A DNA stretch of 64,000 bases from Fistulifera solaris (taxonomy: Eukaryota): positions 248,001-312,000 of the forward strand of contig AP026154.1 of NCBI GenBank assembly GCA_030295235.1, written 5' to 3'. Of the stretch, positions 61,163-64,000 are shown in pieces. The position numbers were made by a program, and so were the translations under genes. Under the pieces are notes generated by a model. The model searched no databases. It had not been told where the DNA came from and saw nothing but the letters and a program-made list of their open reading frames with translations. Position 1 is the stretch's first letter, and each line of letters begins with the position of its first letter.

Positions 61163-62113
61163 ATGATGCTTCCCCGAACAAAAGTACCGGTACTTTTCGG
61201 AATGGCTAGCTGCCTCATCGTCGCCGGGGTCGCTTTTCCTTCGGCGCCCACGACACGTCACACCTTCGTCCTACATGCCGACCTCAATGGTTTAGTTGGG
61301 AGTATCAAGACAAAATTCAAGCCACAGCGTATTTTGAAACGACTTCAGAAGGATCCCAATGAAGACAGCATTAGTATTATTAGTCCAGAAGCGGCTCTTT
61401 CGGCGTCACTTTACATGACGCCGGAAACCATCCATCTGGCTCCCTCGGTCAAAGTCACGTGGGAACCGGCGGTAGCGAAGCATTTGTCGGCTCTCCGAGC
61501 TGTCAGTAATCCGCATCGCCCTCTCATGGTTGGCATTGTCGGAATACCGGGTTCCGGCAAAACCACCTCCTGTGACATTTTAGCGCAAATGTTGGGAACC
61601 GAACGCTGTCTCGTCATGCCCATGGATGGATATCATTATACGATAGCGCAATTGATGGAATTCCCGAACGCCGATGATGTCATTTACCGACGGGGTGCCT
61701 GTGATACCTTTGATGCCGTGACGTTGGCAAAAGATCTCGAACGGATTGCGCACGGTCGGGAACCCATGGTCGCCATTCCCGGCTTTGATCATGCCAAGGG
61801 TGATCCGACCCCCAATCAACACCGGTTTGAGCGCACGGCGCACGATATTGTGCTTTGTGAAGGTCTTTATTTATTACACGATCAACAGGGGTGGGAGCAT
61901 ATTCAGAAATTCTTGGATTGGACGATTTATATACAAGCCGATATTGATGTTTGTATGGAACGACTGAAAGAACGCAACAAGTGTATTCCTGGATATACTG
62001 CGGAAGAAATTGCGATTCGCTGTGATGCGGTCGATCGCGTCAATGCCATCTTGGCGGAAGAAACGGCGAGCAAGTACGCGGCGCAAATTGTACAATCGGG
62101 GGCCGTGTATTAA
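61163..62113 (+). CDS. P-loop kinase of the uridine kinase/PRK/pantothenate kinase-like family, probably plastid-targeted
   Basis: Signal peptide plus VA-FP; GIPGSGKTT, PMDGYH, RRGACDTFD, PGFDHAKGDP and CEGLYLL. Confidence 0.88.
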   Translation: MMLPRTKVPVLFGMASCLIVAGVAFPSAPTTRHTFVLHADLNGLVGSIKTKFKPQRILKRLQKDPNEDSISIISPEAALSASLYMTPETIHLAPSVKVTWEPAVAKHLSALRAVSNPHRPLMVGIVGIPGSGKTTSCDILAQMLGTERCLVMPMDGYHYTIAQLMEFPNADDVIYRRGACDTFDAVTLAKDLERIAHGREPMVAIPGFDHAKGDPTPNQHRFERTAHDIVLCEGLYLLHDQQGWEHIQKFLDWTIYIQADIDVCMERLKERNKCIPGYTAEEIAIRCDAVDRVNAILAEETASKYAAQIVQSGAVY

Positions 62114-63281
62114 AGGCAGGGGAAAACGGCAATGAAGTAGGTATGGTTCCAGTGATCTGCAAATCGTGGATTTCAATCCAGCGATTAAGGTTTTCCGGAT
62201 TCTTGTCGGTCGTAAAATGCTTAGGAGACAGGTCAAAATTCCGTCTGGAAGCAAAAAAAAAGGTTGTACGTAGAAGTGGAGCAATGATTCAGTAATATAA
62301 TGTGCAATCACAGTTTTTAGAATTTTTATTTTTTAGTAAATGATACTTTAGTTAAATCATCCTCGTGTTGGATGCCTGCGGCAGGAAATCATCGACACAA
62401 CATCATGCGTCATGCGTCAGCAATTTCCAGTTCCAGTCATTGAGTCACGGAGTCATCAGTCATCAGAGATAAGAGATAAAATAAATAATATTATGATAAT
62501 ATATGATCCTCATCTTCACGATTCCAGAGAATTTTTGATACTTCTTCCCTGTGTCTTTTGTATTGTCTTTGTCATTTTGTCATCGAATTTAGAATTCAGA
62601 CTGTCTTTGCATACAGTATACCCGTCGACAACAATTCTGACCACTAAGTCTTGGTCTTTGGTCGGCGGCAGTTCACTACTTGCAACTTGCAACGTATAAC
62701 GGATTGAGATTACAAACAACGGACTACTGAAGAAAGTGGAAGTGAACCTGCTGGTCTGCTGGCGCTCACTGTCCTCGTCTTCTTTTAATCGATGCATCGT
62801 TTTACCTCCCTTCGCTAATATTTCATTACTCATTCGAGTAATTTGGAAAGAGTCTTGTTTCACGTGATTCATTTATTTGTAACGTCTAAAAATAGAAGAT
62901 GGATTTCAATCGTCGAGCTATCGCGAATCATCAAAGAATAGAATGAAACTGAAGACGTTAGCTGATTACGGTGCGACAGAGTGACGCACTTTTCGCAATG
63001 TGTCCACGTTGTGGAGAAAAAGACCCCACGCCCGACACAAGAGTAGAACATGACTGTAGCGATGTTGTGTAGCGTTCGAGATTGGATGATGATGACGTTG
63101 GTGCGGACGTCTGGCTTGGTACGATTTCGCGACGATTGTTCCTCCTCCCACGTCGTCGGCCGTCGGCATTATTTTTGTGCTCCACCCATCCGAATCTCCA
63201 AAGAAATTTTTCGTGTCCTTGCCCAACCAAGAGTCTTCCAAACGAAATCACCCATCCGTAGGGCTCGTTATAGAACCAACC

Positions 63282-64000
63282 ATGGCGAAACGATACAATG
63301 AGAAACGCGCCAAGCAAGCGATGGACGCCATTGAGCGAGAACTGGACAGTGGCTACGGCAGAACTGACTTTGATGATCTCGCTTCGCAAGACCTTCGCGA
63401 TGCCGCATTGGGCAAAGGAGAAGAAGAGTTGTTTGAAAAGAAATTGAGCAAGGAAGAGAAGAAAGCACGAGCCAAAGCGGCGCGTGAAGCCAAGAAGAAA
63501 GCCAAGTCGGGTGGTGGTGACGACGACGACGCGAAAGAAGGCATCAAACCGGTCGAAAGCACAAATGACGTTACCAAGTTGGAAATGACTCTCGAAGGAA
63601 CTTCGCTAGAAGACAAACGCGACGCCGCTTTGGAGAACTTGTCAAAAGAAAACATTGTGGTCACTTACGAAGCCAAGAAGGGTGTCTTACACGCTACTGC
63701 GCGTGATATTAACGTCAGTGGCGTCACCGTTACATTCCATGGAAAGCCTCTCATTGAAGAAACTGATATTGTTATTAACTACGGCAATCGATACGGATTC
63801 ATAGGGTAAGTTTTGTCGGGTACTTTGCTTGCTTGTTATTCTTGTTCTATGGGTGCTCTGTATTGTGGCTTTTCTTGTTTCTAACCAAGATACTTTACGC
63901 GTATAGACCGAACGGAAGTGGAAAGTCGACCATCATGAAGGCAATTGCCGCTCGTGCTATTCCTATTCCAGAGAATCTGGACATTTACTTTCTGAATGCG
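63282..64000 (+). CDS. ABCF: ABCF-family ATPase, 5' part (runs off the window)
   Basis: Charged N-terminus, VTFHGKPL, YGNRYGFIG|PNGSGKST across intron 63806-63906; no TM segments. Confidence 0.9.

Overview
This is eukaryotic nuclear DNA, most likely from a diatom. That call is inferred from the rRNA sequence style, bipartite plastid-targeting peptides, short GT-AG introns and diatom-type families; the species was not determined. The window opens with one complete minus-strand 18S-ITS1-5.8S-ITS2-28S unit (about 913-6767), followed by about 4.7 kb with no intact genes and then about 29 densely packed protein-coding genes. About 11 apparent frameshifts nearly all fall in homopolymer runs and are probably assembly errors. 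Most interesting items: (1) a queuosine-tRNA mannosyltransferase (GTDC1/QTMAN)-like domain apparently fused to a SpoU/TrmH 2'-O-methyltransferase; (2) a family of short arrays built on a palindromic CAGA-WWW-TCTG core, three with an approximately 34-bp period, found in three divergent promoters, one copy boxed by perfect 37-bp direct repeats; (3) a PPK2-type polyphosphate kinase gene with introns and a C-terminal hydrophobic anchor; (4) an AASDH-like adenylation-carrier-ankyrin protein; (5) a two-domain dCMP deaminase whose first domain has HAV in place of HAE; (6) a phosphate-carrier-like SLC25 protein with plastid and Tat-like targeting signals; (7) a 1.12-kb TA-flanked non-autonomous TIR element. 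All family assignments come from motif recognition by eye, not database searches.
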